A DNA stretch of 32,000 nt from Pyrolobus fumarii 1A (GCF_000223395.1 NC_015931.1:240001-272000), one strand, 5' to 3'; shown: positions 17,115 to 25,484, numbered from the stretch's first letter. The notes: generated from the sequence alone by a model not told the origin. Numbers and translations are program-made.

Positions 17115-17813
17115 TTATTGAGATGCTCTTGTCGCCTCTCGCGCCCATGATGCGATGTATACCATCGATAATAGCAGTATAAGATTTGAAACTAATATTG
17201 CCGGGGCTACACCATATACCGCTGCAACTGAAGCTGCGACGGGAGCTACCGCTCCCACCATGAAGCCGAGAAAGGCGGACTGGTCTACCTGGTTTCCTCT
17301 CCTCCATGATTCGTGGAATGGGGATGCTGCGGCAAGGAAAGATGGCGCCTCGACTACCGTGTTTATAGCTACGAAGTATGTGAACGTACCCTTTAGCGCA
17401 GCGTATATCGTTGCTGCTAGGCTAGCGAATATCGCTGTTATCATCCAGACTCCGGCTAGCCTTGCATAACCGGTTGCATAGAGAACGCCAATAGCTATTG
17501 TGGCTGCGCCAAGGGCTTCCCCTACAAAACCCGCTATGAGTAGTATTGCTGCTGATAAAGCGAGTACAAGTATATCACTGAAGTACCATGCTAGAATGAG
17601 ACCTATTGCTCTAAAGACTATAGCCGCGCCTAGCATTACGAAGCCGAATGAAGCAAGGCTAGCTCCTAGTGCACCCGTTCGCTCGCTTATCAGCATTAAT
17701 CTAGTTGCTATGTTCGAGGCGAATATTGCTAGAATCACGCTGGTTAGTAGAGCTCCTAGTGCAGTCCCCACCTCCGGGGCTCCAATGGAACCCACAAATA
17801 TATCGTGGATCAT
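17115..17813 (-). CDS. Hypothetical polytopic membrane protein (Ala/Gly/Ile/Leu-rich, about 6-7 TM)
   Basis: ATG start preceded by GGGGGAGUGAGG (SD) and an A/T-rich promoter-like gap (17814-17898). Opposite-strand ORFs are A/S/T/P-rich shadows. Confidence 0.65.
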   Translation of the reverse strand: MIHDIFVGSIGAPEVGTALGALLTSVILAIFASNIATRLMLISERTGALGASLASFGFVMLGAAIVFRAIGLILAWYFSDILVLALSAAILLIAGFVGEALGAATIAIGVLYATGYARLAGVWMITAIFASLAATIYAALKGTFTYFVAINTVVEAPSFLAAASPFHESWRRGNQVDQSAFLGFMVGAVAPVAASVAAVYGVAPAILVSNLILLLSMVYIASWAREATRASQ

Positions 17814-17898
17814 CTTGGCCTCACTCCCCCAAGTGCGGTTAAAACACGTGTTATTAGCAGCATTATTTGTAAGCTCTACAAGTCCTAGTTGTAATTAT

Positions 17899-18843
17899 TT
17901 ATTGGTGAATATTGTCGCTTTTCATTGTCCTCAAGATCGTCTCGTCGTATTCGAGTACAGTTGGGCCTCGTAACAGCTCGAGTTTGATGCGTGCTTCGAT
18001 ACCCTGGCCGTATACTAATGGTTTTGATTGGTATCCTAGGAGCCTCGCAACATCTATAATGTTTGCGGTGCTTGCCAGTACGAGTATGAGTGGCTTCCTG
18101 GGTGCAAAACTAAGCGAATAGTGAAGCGCTCTTCCCTTAACCTCTAGTAGCGGTGCACGGTTCTCCACTAGCCCCGGAATCTCAAGGATTAGCCTTGCGC
18201 GTGTATTCTTGCCGACATGGCTTGCGACTATGCTGAGGATAGGTCCGTTGGCCTCCAGGTGTGCCTCAGCGTATTCGCCGCCCTTGCGAACGGTTAGCCT
18301 CCTCCTGTTCAATCGTATGGATATCTTATCGTGTAGCCTTGACACGAAGGCTTCTACGCCCTCAACCTCTATGCGGACGGTCTCTGCGTTCAGAAATCCC
18401 TCCTCGCCGTGAACTACTAGTGTATACTCCGGAATCCATTTGGCGAGAGAGTCTATCGTTAGCACGATAGGGTCGCCAGCCGCCCTGAATACACGACTTT
18501 GCGTGTAGCATCTTTTCACTAAACGTTCTCCCGTGTACCTCGAAGCTATCAATAATCTGCCGGGCTCGCCCTCTACACCCTCCCGAAGCAGATCTGAAAG
18601 TAGGATGAGTACCCTCTTGTTTTTCTCTCTAGTCCTCTTAGCGTATAGTGCCCTATGGAAGATGCCCGTTGCGGCCAGTAAACCGCCTATGATCGATGCC
18701 GCGCCACACGTCGTGATAGTACATGGTGGATTCATACTGGAGATTATTCCAGTTGCGATGCTTATGCCTGCTATAGTGAGTGCAGCTGCAATGTGTTGAT
18801 GTATCCTTGGCGATGGTAGCACTATGATGAGTCGCTCGCTCAA
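17899..18843 (-). CDS. Hypothetical protein with two N-terminal TM helices and a large soluble domain
   Basis: A 314-aa ORF starts (TTG 18843, alternative GTG 18822) 2 nt after the panB stop. Hydrophobic segments are 'IAAALTIAGISIATGIISS' and 'AASIIGGLLAATGIF'. Confidence 0.55.
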   Translation of the reverse strand: MSERLIIVLPSPRIHQHIAAALTIAGISIATGIISSMNPPCTITTCGAASIIGGLLAATGIFHRALYAKRTREKNKRVLILLSDLLREGVEGEPGRLLIASRYTGERLVKRCYTQSRVFRAAGDPIVLTIDSLAKWIPEYTLVVHGEEGFLNAETVRIEVEGVEAFVSRLHDKISIRLNRRRLTVRKGGEYAEAHLEANGPILSIVASHVGKNTRARLILEIPGLVENRAPLLEVKGRALHYSLSFAPRKPLILVLASTANIIDVARLLGYQSKPLVYGQGIEARIKLELLRGPTVLEYDETILRTMKSDNIHQ

Positions 18844-18845
18844 TA

Positions 18846-19667
18846 TTATTCTCTATCCCTCCTCCAAGTCTCCTTCATGTGGAACACGTGCTTCTCGCGG
18901 GGGAATCTACCCTCCCTTACGTCCGCGGCGAATCTGCGGACAGCCTCAAGCGCTATTGACCGTAAGTCTGCATATTTCTCAGCGAAGGGTGGGATGGTCT
19001 CGCTTAGCCCTAGAATATCGTGAAGTACGAGTACCTGGCCATCGCAGTGCCTTCCACTGCCAATGCAGATAGTTGGTATTTTGAGTTTTCTTGTTATCTC
19101 GGCTGCAACTTCTTCAGCAGTGAACTCTATAACGATTGCAAACGCGCCAGCCTCTTCCACAGCCTTTGCATCTTCAAGGAGCCTCTCTGCGTCTTCAACC
19201 GTTCTTCCACGTCTACGGTAACCACCAAGCATGAGCCTCTTTTGCGGAGTGAGTCCTATGTGGCCGACAACGGGTATCCCCGCTTTGGTTATAGCCTCAA
19301 TCTTATCTGCAACTTCTACCCCGCCTTCTAGTTTCACCGCGTCGGCACCAACACGTACGAATTTTATAGCATTCTTAACTGCCTCAGACCTGCTAGCCTC
19401 ATAACTACCGAAAGGCATGTCGGCAACCACCATTGCGCGTTTCGCGCCCCTAGAGACTGCTGCTGTGTGTAGCAGCATCATCTGCATTGTAGCCATGTTA
19501 GTGTTAGGGAGACCGTGGACTACCATCGCTGCCGAGTCGCCAACAAGTATCATATCCACGCCTGCCTCGTCGACTATACGCGCGAATGGATAGTCATACG
19601 CGGTCACCATCACTATGGGTTCGCGGCCCTTCTTAGCGAGTATATCGCGCACGCTTATCCTCTGCAA
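18846..19667 (-). CDS. panB: 3-methyl-2-oxobutanoate hydroxymethyltransferase (ketopantoate hydroxymethyltransferase)
   Basis: 'IVMVTAYDYPFARIVDEAGVDMILVGDSAAMVVHG' is classic PanB. I chose TTG 19667, preceded by GGAGGU (19674-19679) at 6-nt spacing, which gives 273 aa. The ORF is open to 19754, but that would abut the SRP RNA. Confidence 0.9.
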   Translation of the reverse strand: MQRISVRDILAKKGREPIVMVTAYDYPFARIVDEAGVDMILVGDSAAMVVHGLPNTNMATMQMMLLHTAAVSRGAKRAMVVADMPFGSYEASRSEAVKNAIKFVRVGADAVKLEGGVEVADKIEAITKAGIPVVGHIGLTPQKRLMLGGYRRRGRTVEDAERLLEDAKAVEEAGAFAIVIEFTAEEVAAEITRKLKIPTICIGSGRHCDGQVLVLHDILGLSETIPPFAEKYADLRSIALEAVRRFAADVREGRFPREKHVFHMKETWRRDRE

Positions 19668-19789
19668 GACGAGACCTCCGTCTTCCCGTGTAGCCTCCCC
19701 CGTATACTTACTGTGAGGTGAAAAGGATGCGTCGGCTATGCAGGCCCTCATCACAATTGCTCAGACCGTGACCCTCTACTCCCCATCCA

Positions 19790-20149
19790 GCGCGGGGCCG
19801 CCATTGGGCCCCGCGCGGCCCCCGCCGTCACCCGCCGTACCCGCCACGGGCACCCCCACGCCGTTGCCTCACCCCGGTGGCCCCGCGAACGCCGGGCGTC
19901 CGGGGTTAGGCTGCTCCCTTCCGGGCCTGACCGCTTCCCCCGGTAAAGGCGGTAGCCGCCCTCCCTCCGGAGGGGGCTCCGCCACCGCCGGCCCCGCGGG
20001 CCGGGGGTCCTCGGTCGGCGTGGGACCCGTGGCGGGTAGCGGCGAGCGGACGGCGGGTTACTGGCCCCCGCGTTGCGCCCGATCTCGGGGTACGGGGGAG
20101 GGCGAGCCCCCCGGCCCTACCCGCGCGGGGTTACCCGGCGGCCCGCGCC
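19790..20149 (-). ncRNA. ffs: Signal recognition particle RNA (archaeal 7S RNA)
   Basis: The minus strand of 19909-19932 reads GGUCAGGCCCGGAAGGGAGCAGCC, the conserved helix-8 motif with a GGAA tetraloop. A helix-6-like hairpin with a GGAG loop lies at 19948-19983. Two GUAACCC Alu-domain-like motifs are present. The 5' GGCGCGGGCCGCC (20137-20149) pairs with the 3' GGCGGCCCCGCGC (19790-19802). GC content is extreme. The ends are good to about +/-10 nt. Confidence 0.85.
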
Positions 20150-20176
20150 ATGATATACGAGCATAGTATGCAAGGG

Positions 20177-20184
20177 CTTATAAG
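20177..20184 (-). promoter_or_regulatory. TATA box candidate for the SRP RNA
   Basis: 'CTTATAAG' is centred about 30 nt upstream of the predicted SRP RNA 5' end on the minus strand. Confidence 0.35.
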
Positions 20185-20334
20185 TGGATGGACTGAAGGC
20201 CGGGAGACCCGCTATCATCGAGCCCCTAGCGGGGCACTCCGCGGGCGTCGCGGGCCATTCGTGTTATGGTTTATATTTGGGTTAAAAAGAGGCTGTTGGG
20301 CGTGAAGCAATCCTATCTCGAGTAGTGTAATGTT

Positions 20335-22410
20335 CTAGTTTGGTTGGCTAGTGTACCTTACGATCGCTAGTGGTGCTTGAGGTATTGTAAGGTTGAGTGT
20401 GCCACTCGATACTAGTGGGTAAATCGCTATGCCCACGCCTGGTAGCAGGGGCTTGCAGCCCGATGTAGACTGGATACCGTAGCCTAGGGTTGCGACGTAC
20501 GCGTATAGACGGCTGTTATACCTCATGGTGGTTATGCTTGGGATGCTGGGTACGCAGTAGCCCTTCTTCGCAAGTCTAGTGGCAAGCACTTGTAGCGTGT
20601 TAAGATCAAGCCGGAGATCTGTGAAGATGTCAAGTGTCAGACTGGCTATTGGTGTAGAGGTTGAACTAGTGCACGTCAAAGCGCTATTCAGCATTGCTAC
20701 GACACTCTTGTCGTATAGTGTTGATGGTGCAAAGCTATAGTATATCGTTATGGTGCCGTTGCATACGAGAACGTATGGGTAGTAGCATAAGAGCTCCTCG
20801 CGCGGGATAGTGACCGTGCCTACCTTTCGTTTAACGAATCTCCCGCTTTGCCTATCAAGCACAATCTTGTAATACTCTACATTTGACTGTTGTGAGCCGC
20901 TCTTCACACACACTAGGCCAGGTATTATCCCGATGCCTAGTATCTTGTTGACGTATATTGGTGTGGACTGGTCTATGCGGATCAGTTTGCAGCTTGCGCC
21001 GCTAGTGTCAACATAAGTTATGAAGCCCGGCACGTATAGTGATTGCATTACCTTGCCAGGCTGACTCGACTCCTGGTCAAAGACTGTTGTGACTATACCG
21101 TCAATAGCATTCAGAGTGTAAGTTGCCAGGATAGTACCTAAGACTATCGGTGTTTTTCCGGTCATGAGGCCGACTGTGAGGACGAGAGGTGTGTAAGCAA
21201 CGCTAATGCCGGGTCTGGAGGCATCAGTAGGAGCTACAATATACTTCCACTCTGTCAAAGGTATTATGATATTCTTGTAATTGACGGTATAGCCTGAATA
21301 TGGGCTGTATGTTACGTCCATCCATACCAGCTTTCTCGATACCTGCATGTACATCGGGAGAAAACGTAGTATGTTCTCAGCCGGATCGTACACCGGATAG
21401 GCTATTCTATCTGCTCTGTGCGCGTCCACCAATACCATAGCTGCTGTGGAGGTGCTTGTCTCGACTTTACCAGACTCGGCACCGAGAACCACGTGCACTA
21501 TGCCTTTCTCGCGTGCTACTCTGAGTAACTCCATCACGAGTGGCGAGTCTATCCAAGCGTACGTGCCTAGGATGGTTAGGCTTCTTCCGGTTAACCGTAT
21601 TCTCTTAATGCATACCGTTGTGAACACTGGATACTTTGTGTACGATGCATCCTGGCTTATTTTGAGCTCCACGAGCGGAGACGCGACGGTTGTGATGCAC
21701 AACGTGTCGTTATCGAGCAGCGTGAATCTTATTGAAGGTTGGCATCCGTGGAAGTCCCACATGCTGGGTCTGCCAAAGTACCAGGTAACATCTGCAATAT
21801 GCGTGCTGTAAGGGATGGTTTGCACGCTATTCGAGATGCCAATCTTCACTATGGGTCCGTCTCTAGTAGTTACGATGTTGATGCTGATTGGTACTGTGTT
21901 TATGTTGTCGCTTGGCGCTAGTAGTGAATTGTTAAGGCTGTTAATGCTCTGTAGTATGTCAAGAAGCGTGTTGCTGTACTCAGAGACTGTGTATGCGCCG
22001 TTTAGATACTCCCATAGTGTCATGTTACCCTCGATAGATGCGAGTCGAGATGGCTCGGGTATAGGTAGGAGACCACCGTTCTTTGAAACCAGTACTACCT
22101 CTCTAGCTTTGCCAAGCAGCGGCTTAGCTATGCACGTGCTGTTCGCTACTACCAGCCTGTCATCGTCAACTAGTATAACGCGTCTTATCAGTCCATGCAT
22201 ATAATGGTGGAAGCAGACTGTAGTTGTGTTAGCCTCTATGCTCGTTTCCCGCATGTATAGTGTCTCGGTAAGTCTATTGCTGGTCAGTTTAGCTGCTTCA
22301 CTTTGTATGGTGCTAACCGACGTTATGTAGGCTGATATGCCGGCTAGGGCTGTCACTAAAGCTACGAGCGATATGATAGCGCCGACTATAGTGCTAACGC
22401 TGCGGAGCAT
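20335..22410 (-). CDS. Large extracellular protein with a class III (type IV pilin-like) signal peptide
   Basis: The N-terminus 'MLRS/VSTIVGAIISLVALVTALAG' resembles archaeal prepilin signals ([KR][GAS] followed by xSxIVGxxIxL). It is S/T/N/I/V-rich with 7 N-x-S/T sequons counted. A T5 run on the minus strand (20283-20287) follows the stop. Confidence 0.8.
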   Translation of the reverse strand: MLRSVSTIVGAIISLVALVTALAGISAYITSVSTIQSEAAKLTSNRLTETLYMRETSIEANTTTVCFHHYMHGLIRRVILVDDDRLVVANSTCIAKPLLGKAREVVLVSKNGGLLPIPEPSRLASIEGNMTLWEYLNGAYTVSEYSNTLLDILQSINSLNNSLLAPSDNINTVPISINIVTTRDGPIVKIGISNSVQTIPYSTHIADVTWYFGRPSMWDFHGCQPSIRFTLLDNDTLCITTVASPLVELKISQDASYTKYPVFTTVCIKRIRLTGRSLTILGTYAWIDSPLVMELLRVAREKGIVHVVLGAESGKVETSTSTAAMVLVDAHRADRIAYPVYDPAENILRFLPMYMQVSRKLVWMDVTYSPYSGYTVNYKNIIIPLTEWKYIVAPTDASRPGISVAYTPLVLTVGLMTGKTPIVLGTILATYTLNAIDGIVTTVFDQESSQPGKVMQSLYVPGFITYVDTSGASCKLIRIDQSTPIYVNKILGIGIIPGLVCVKSGSQQSNVEYYKIVLDRQSGRFVKRKVGTVTIPREELLCYYPYVLVCNGTITIYYSFAPSTLYDKSVVAMLNSALTCTSSTSTPIASLTLDIFTDLRLDLNTLQVLATRLAKKGYCVPSIPSITTMRYNSRLYAYVATLGYGIQSTSGCKPLLPGVGIAIYPLVSSGTLNLTIPQAPLAIVRYTSQPN

Positions 22411-22508
22411 GTACTGCCACCATTGTAGAGGTGATGTTGTGAAGCGCTAGTTGCGGTTAGCAAGAGCTAAGCTTGATAAGGGAGGCTAGAAGACCTTGAC
22501 GAAACGGT

Positions 22509-22616
22509 GCCGCCGTAGCTCAGCGGGCAGAGCGCCGGCCTTGTACGGCCTGGCCTCGCTCCGAGGTCGCCCAAGAGAGCCGGTGGTCCCGGGTTCAAGT
22601 CCCGGCGGCGGCTCCA
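22509..22616 (+). tRNA. tRNA-Thr(UGU) with a 32-nt intron and genomically encoded CCA
   Basis: The acceptor stem GCCGCCG/CGGCGGC has discriminator U followed by CCA. The D arm is GCUC...GAGC. The anticodon stem CCGGC/GCCGG carries the loop CU-UGU-A(intron)A. The T arm is CCGGG-UUCAAGU-CCCGG. Confidence 0.95.
22546..22577 (+). other. tRNA intron at the canonical 37/38 position with an hBHBh' splicing motif
   Basis: The central 4-bp helix is C32-U33-U34-G35 paired with intron CAAG. The two 3-nt bulges (UA|C and AG|A) each contain a splice site. The intron has an outer helix GGC/GCC and an inner hairpin CCUCG-CUC-CGAGG. Confidence 0.85.
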
Positions 22617-22637
22617 CTCTCCAACTGGTGTAACAGC

Positions 22638-23090
22638 GTGGCATGTGGCGCGGATGTGTTAGCATCTCTCCTGCTCCTATCAGCTGCCCCTGGTATCGAG
22701 GCTCGTTACGCAGCGGCTATTGGAAGCGCCATCTGCGGCCCCGAGGTAATACCACTGGCGTATGTTGTGTCTACGATCACGGGTATACTCGTCTATCTTT
22801 TGCTCGAGAAGGTTGAACGCCTCATAGCAATGATACCTATCCTCTTGAAGATATACGAAGGTGTAAAGAGGAGAGTGTCGAAGAAGCTTAAGGGTGCGCG
22901 GGGCGCCTTTGCATTAACGCTGTTCATAGCGGCTCCTCTGCCTGGAAGCGGCGTGTGGACAGGTGCGTTGGCGGCAAGGCTCATGGATTTGAGTGTAAAA
23001 GAAGCGGTAGCAGCAATATGCATTGGTAATCTTGTGGCAGTGTTGATAGTTGCTGGGGGTGTGACGGGCTTACTTGCTCTTCTTGGCTAG
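22638..23090 (+). CDS. Small multi-pass membrane protein (possibly Sm_multidrug_ex/COG2426-like)
   Basis: This 150-aa ORF has about 4 hydrophobic helices. 'APGIEARYAAAIG' resembles the conserved N-terminal motif of that family, which is a weak call. The start is GTG, and the 3' end overlaps the polB 3' end by 21 nt. Confidence 0.55.
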   Translation: MACGADVLASLLLLSAAPGIEARYAAAIGSAICGPEVIPLAYVVSTITGILVYLLLEKVERLIAMIPILLKIYEGVKRRVSKKLKGARGAFALTLFIAAPLPGSGVWTGALAARLMDLSVKEAVAAICIGNLVAVLIVAGGVTGLLALLG

Positions 23091-25481
23091 AAAGTCGAAG
23101 AGAGTCTTCTGCCCAGTTGCACTTGCTTTCAGCTTCTTCTCGGTGATGCCAAAGTAGCCCAGTATTCTCAATGCAGCCGGGATGATTTGGTGGTCAACAT
23201 AGTAGGTCACGTCTATCTGGCTAGGATCCTTGACCATGAAGTATGGCCATGCTCTTTGACTGATACGGCCACCACCCTTCACTATTACATACCCTATCTT
23301 GTCGCCTGGGCTTACCCGGTAGCCTGCTGACAGCATCCTCTTCGCTGCAACGACGTGTGGTGCCTCCGTTGTGTACTCCTCAAGACGCTTACTAAGGGTC
23401 TTCCAGATTACAAGCTTCTCTATGGGAACCTTGCCCTCCTCCAACTCTTTCACAATCTTCCTGACGTACTCTACAGCCTTGTTCACGTCACTCGTCTTCA
23501 ATACTATTTCGACAACCTTAGTCTGAACCTCCTTGGCGAGTTCACACCAATCGCCACGTACAGCCTCGAAACCGACAATATCTATACGTCCGTCCTCGAG
23601 AAGGCCAGCGTACCTCTTCTTAGCCTCTGTAAAGAATACGCGTTTGTACACCTTCTCTAGCTTGATTTCGAACCCCAGCTCCTCCTCTATAATTTTGATG
23701 AACTTCTCCACCTTCTCCGGATCATAGGTCACGAAGAGCGAATCTGTGTCACCGTAGATCACCTTGAGGCCTAGTTTACGAGCTATGTTGATGGCGGTGC
23801 GTATGAGGTGCCTACCCCAAGCCGTGACAGCCTCTGCGCACTCCCTGCAATACCACCTAGCGCCGCTCCAACCCATGTAGCCGTAACTAGCGTTTGCAAG
23901 AACCTTCAACGCCTTCTGCCTTTCATCCAACAGTCGATATTCTGGGCTATCCGGAGGATACTTCTTCATTTCAGCACGCACACGCTTACGAAGCTCTAAC
24001 AGCCTCTCAAGAACTGTCTTGAAGAAGCCGGGCGGACACCTACGGAACCTGTGCTTGACCTCCGGGGCCTCCCAGCAACCACACTCGCCACACTCTTCAC
24101 CAGGCCTCACAAGCGTGTCAGGACCAACATTGTACTTTATCATGATGTTTGGGTACATCGAGCTAAAGTCGAGTACGGCTATATTCTCGTGCACGCCTCT
24201 CAACGGCTCAAGAACTATAGCGCCACGGTAAGTCTCTTCTGGGCGCTCAACGCGGTTCGGCACAAGCTCTTTCATCTTAAACGCCGCGCGTATCAGGTAC
24301 CATTCAAGTCGAAAGCCAACACTCATCGCACCTACCTGGTCTAGTGGGAGACCTGTTACGTACGACAACTGGATAGCAAACGGCAATATCTTCTCGGCTA
24401 AGCCGTAAGTAGCGCGGACATCGTCGCGCGCGTATTGCAGTAATAGTGGTCTCTTCTTCGGGTCGTCCCAATAGTCTGGAATCTCCCACCAATTGATGAT
24501 AACGCGTTCACTCTTCTTCATCACGCCTAGATACTCTGCGACCTCCTCGAGACTCTTTATCTTGATCTCTGGCATCTCTTCGGCATAGTCGTACAGATCT
24601 ACGTTAAGCCTGCCAGGGACAGAGACGTGCCCATGTACGCTAGTGGTGGGCTCGGCGCCAACTCTTCTAGTCACATCAAGCTTTATGCCTAGGATGCGGG
24701 CGCGCCTCAAAAGATAAGGCCAATCGAAATGATTGTTGTTATAACCGACTATTATGTCGGGGTCATACCTCTTCACGTACTCTACAAACTCGCGTATCGG
24801 TTTTCGATCGTCTTTGCCCTCTGCAATGAATAGCACCTCATCGCCATCGTCAGTCTTCACAGCTATCACTATTACAGGATCGCGCTCTGGACGCGGCGAC
24901 CCTTGCTTGCTATAAACTTCAATATCGAACGCGAGTATCCTAAGATCGGGAAGCTTGGTTGGTGCGAGAGCCTCACCATAAAGTGGCTCCGGCCTGCTCT
25001 TAACCAGGTATACCTTGTCGACACGGAAGCCCATCTTGTTCTCGAGGGGCTCAGCCTCTACACGGTACCAGGTGAAAGGAAATAGATCGTGATCTATGAG
25101 ATAGCGCATAGCGAAGCGTATATCCGCCTCTAGAACATCCTCAACACCATCAACGTTCTTTACGAGTTCGCGATACTCCCTAACAGCCTCGGGTAGCACG
25201 GTGCGAATACGTAAGACCCTACGAGGCCTCCCGAAGTACTTCCTCTTGTCATCCTCTACACCTATAATCGGGCTCTTTGGCCTACTCAATGCACGAATAC
25301 GTTGTGCTACCTGCTTAGGATCGGCGCCCGGTGCAAGCAGCGCATAGAAGTATGGGCGAAAAGACCTGTCAATGAGGACTACCCTCTCGCCGTTCTCAGC
25401 AATACCCCATATGATTACCTGAGGCTCTTTACCAACAACCTCGTAGCTAGAGTCTAAAACCGTGAATACAACTTCAGTCAT
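23070..25481 (-). CDS. polB: Family B DNA polymerase (crenarchaeal PolB3 / euryarchaeal PolB type), no intein
   Basis: Exonuclease motifs: Exo I 'AFDIEVYS', Exo II 'GYNNNHFDWPYL', Exo III 'YARDDVRATYGL'. Polymerase motifs: A 'DFSSMYPNIMIKYN', B 'KVLANASYGYMG', C 'VIYGDTDSLFV'. The length is 803 aa. Confidence 0.97.
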   Translation of the reverse strand: MTEVVFTVLDSSYEVVGKEPQVIIWGIAENGERVVLIDRSFRPYFYALLAPGADPKQVAQRIRALSRPKSPIIGVEDDKRKYFGRPRRVLRIRTVLPEAVREYRELVKNVDGVEDVLEADIRFAMRYLIDHDLFPFTWYRVEAEPLENKMGFRVDKVYLVKSRPEPLYGEALAPTKLPDLRILAFDIEVYSKQGSPRPERDPVIVIAVKTDDGDEVLFIAEGKDDRKPIREFVEYVKRYDPDIIVGYNNNHFDWPYLLRRARILGIKLDVTRRVGAEPTTSVHGHVSVPGRLNVDLYDYAEEMPEIKIKSLEEVAEYLGVMKKSERVIINWWEIPDYWDDPKKRPLLLQYARDDVRATYGLAEKILPFAIQLSYVTGLPLDQVGAMSVGFRLEWYLIRAAFKMKELVPNRVERPEETYRGAIVLEPLRGVHENIAVLDFSSMYPNIMIKYNVGPDTLVRPGEECGECGCWEAPEVKHRFRRCPPGFFKTVLERLLELRKRVRAEMKKYPPDSPEYRLLDERQKALKVLANASYGYMGWSGARWYCRECAEAVTAWGRHLIRTAINIARKLGLKVIYGDTDSLFVTYDPEKVEKFIKIIEEELGFEIKLEKVYKRVFFTEAKKRYAGLLEDGRIDIVGFEAVRGDWCELAKEVQTKVVEIVLKTSDVNKAVEYVRKIVKELEEGKVPIEKLVIWKTLSKRLEEYTTEAPHVVAAKRMLSAGYRVSPGDKIGYVIVKGGGRISQRAWPYFMVKDPSQIDVTYYVDHQIIPAALRILGYFGITEKKLKASATGQKTLFDFLAKKSK

Positions 25482-25484
25482 AGT

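Noticed and set aside
19738-20166. A 142-aa plus-strand ORF, extremely Pro/Gly/Arg/Ala-rich.
   Set aside because: It is the antisense shadow of the SRP RNA gene. The composition is low complexity, and the region is fully explained by the conserved SRP helix-8 and helix-6 motifs on the minus strand.
20335-22637. An integrated mobile element at tRNA-Thr carrying the low-GC 691-aa gene.
   Set aside because: No integrase, no other element genes, and no direct repeat of the tRNA 3' end were found near 20150-20340. Only the compositional anomaly remains, and it is reported as a finding.
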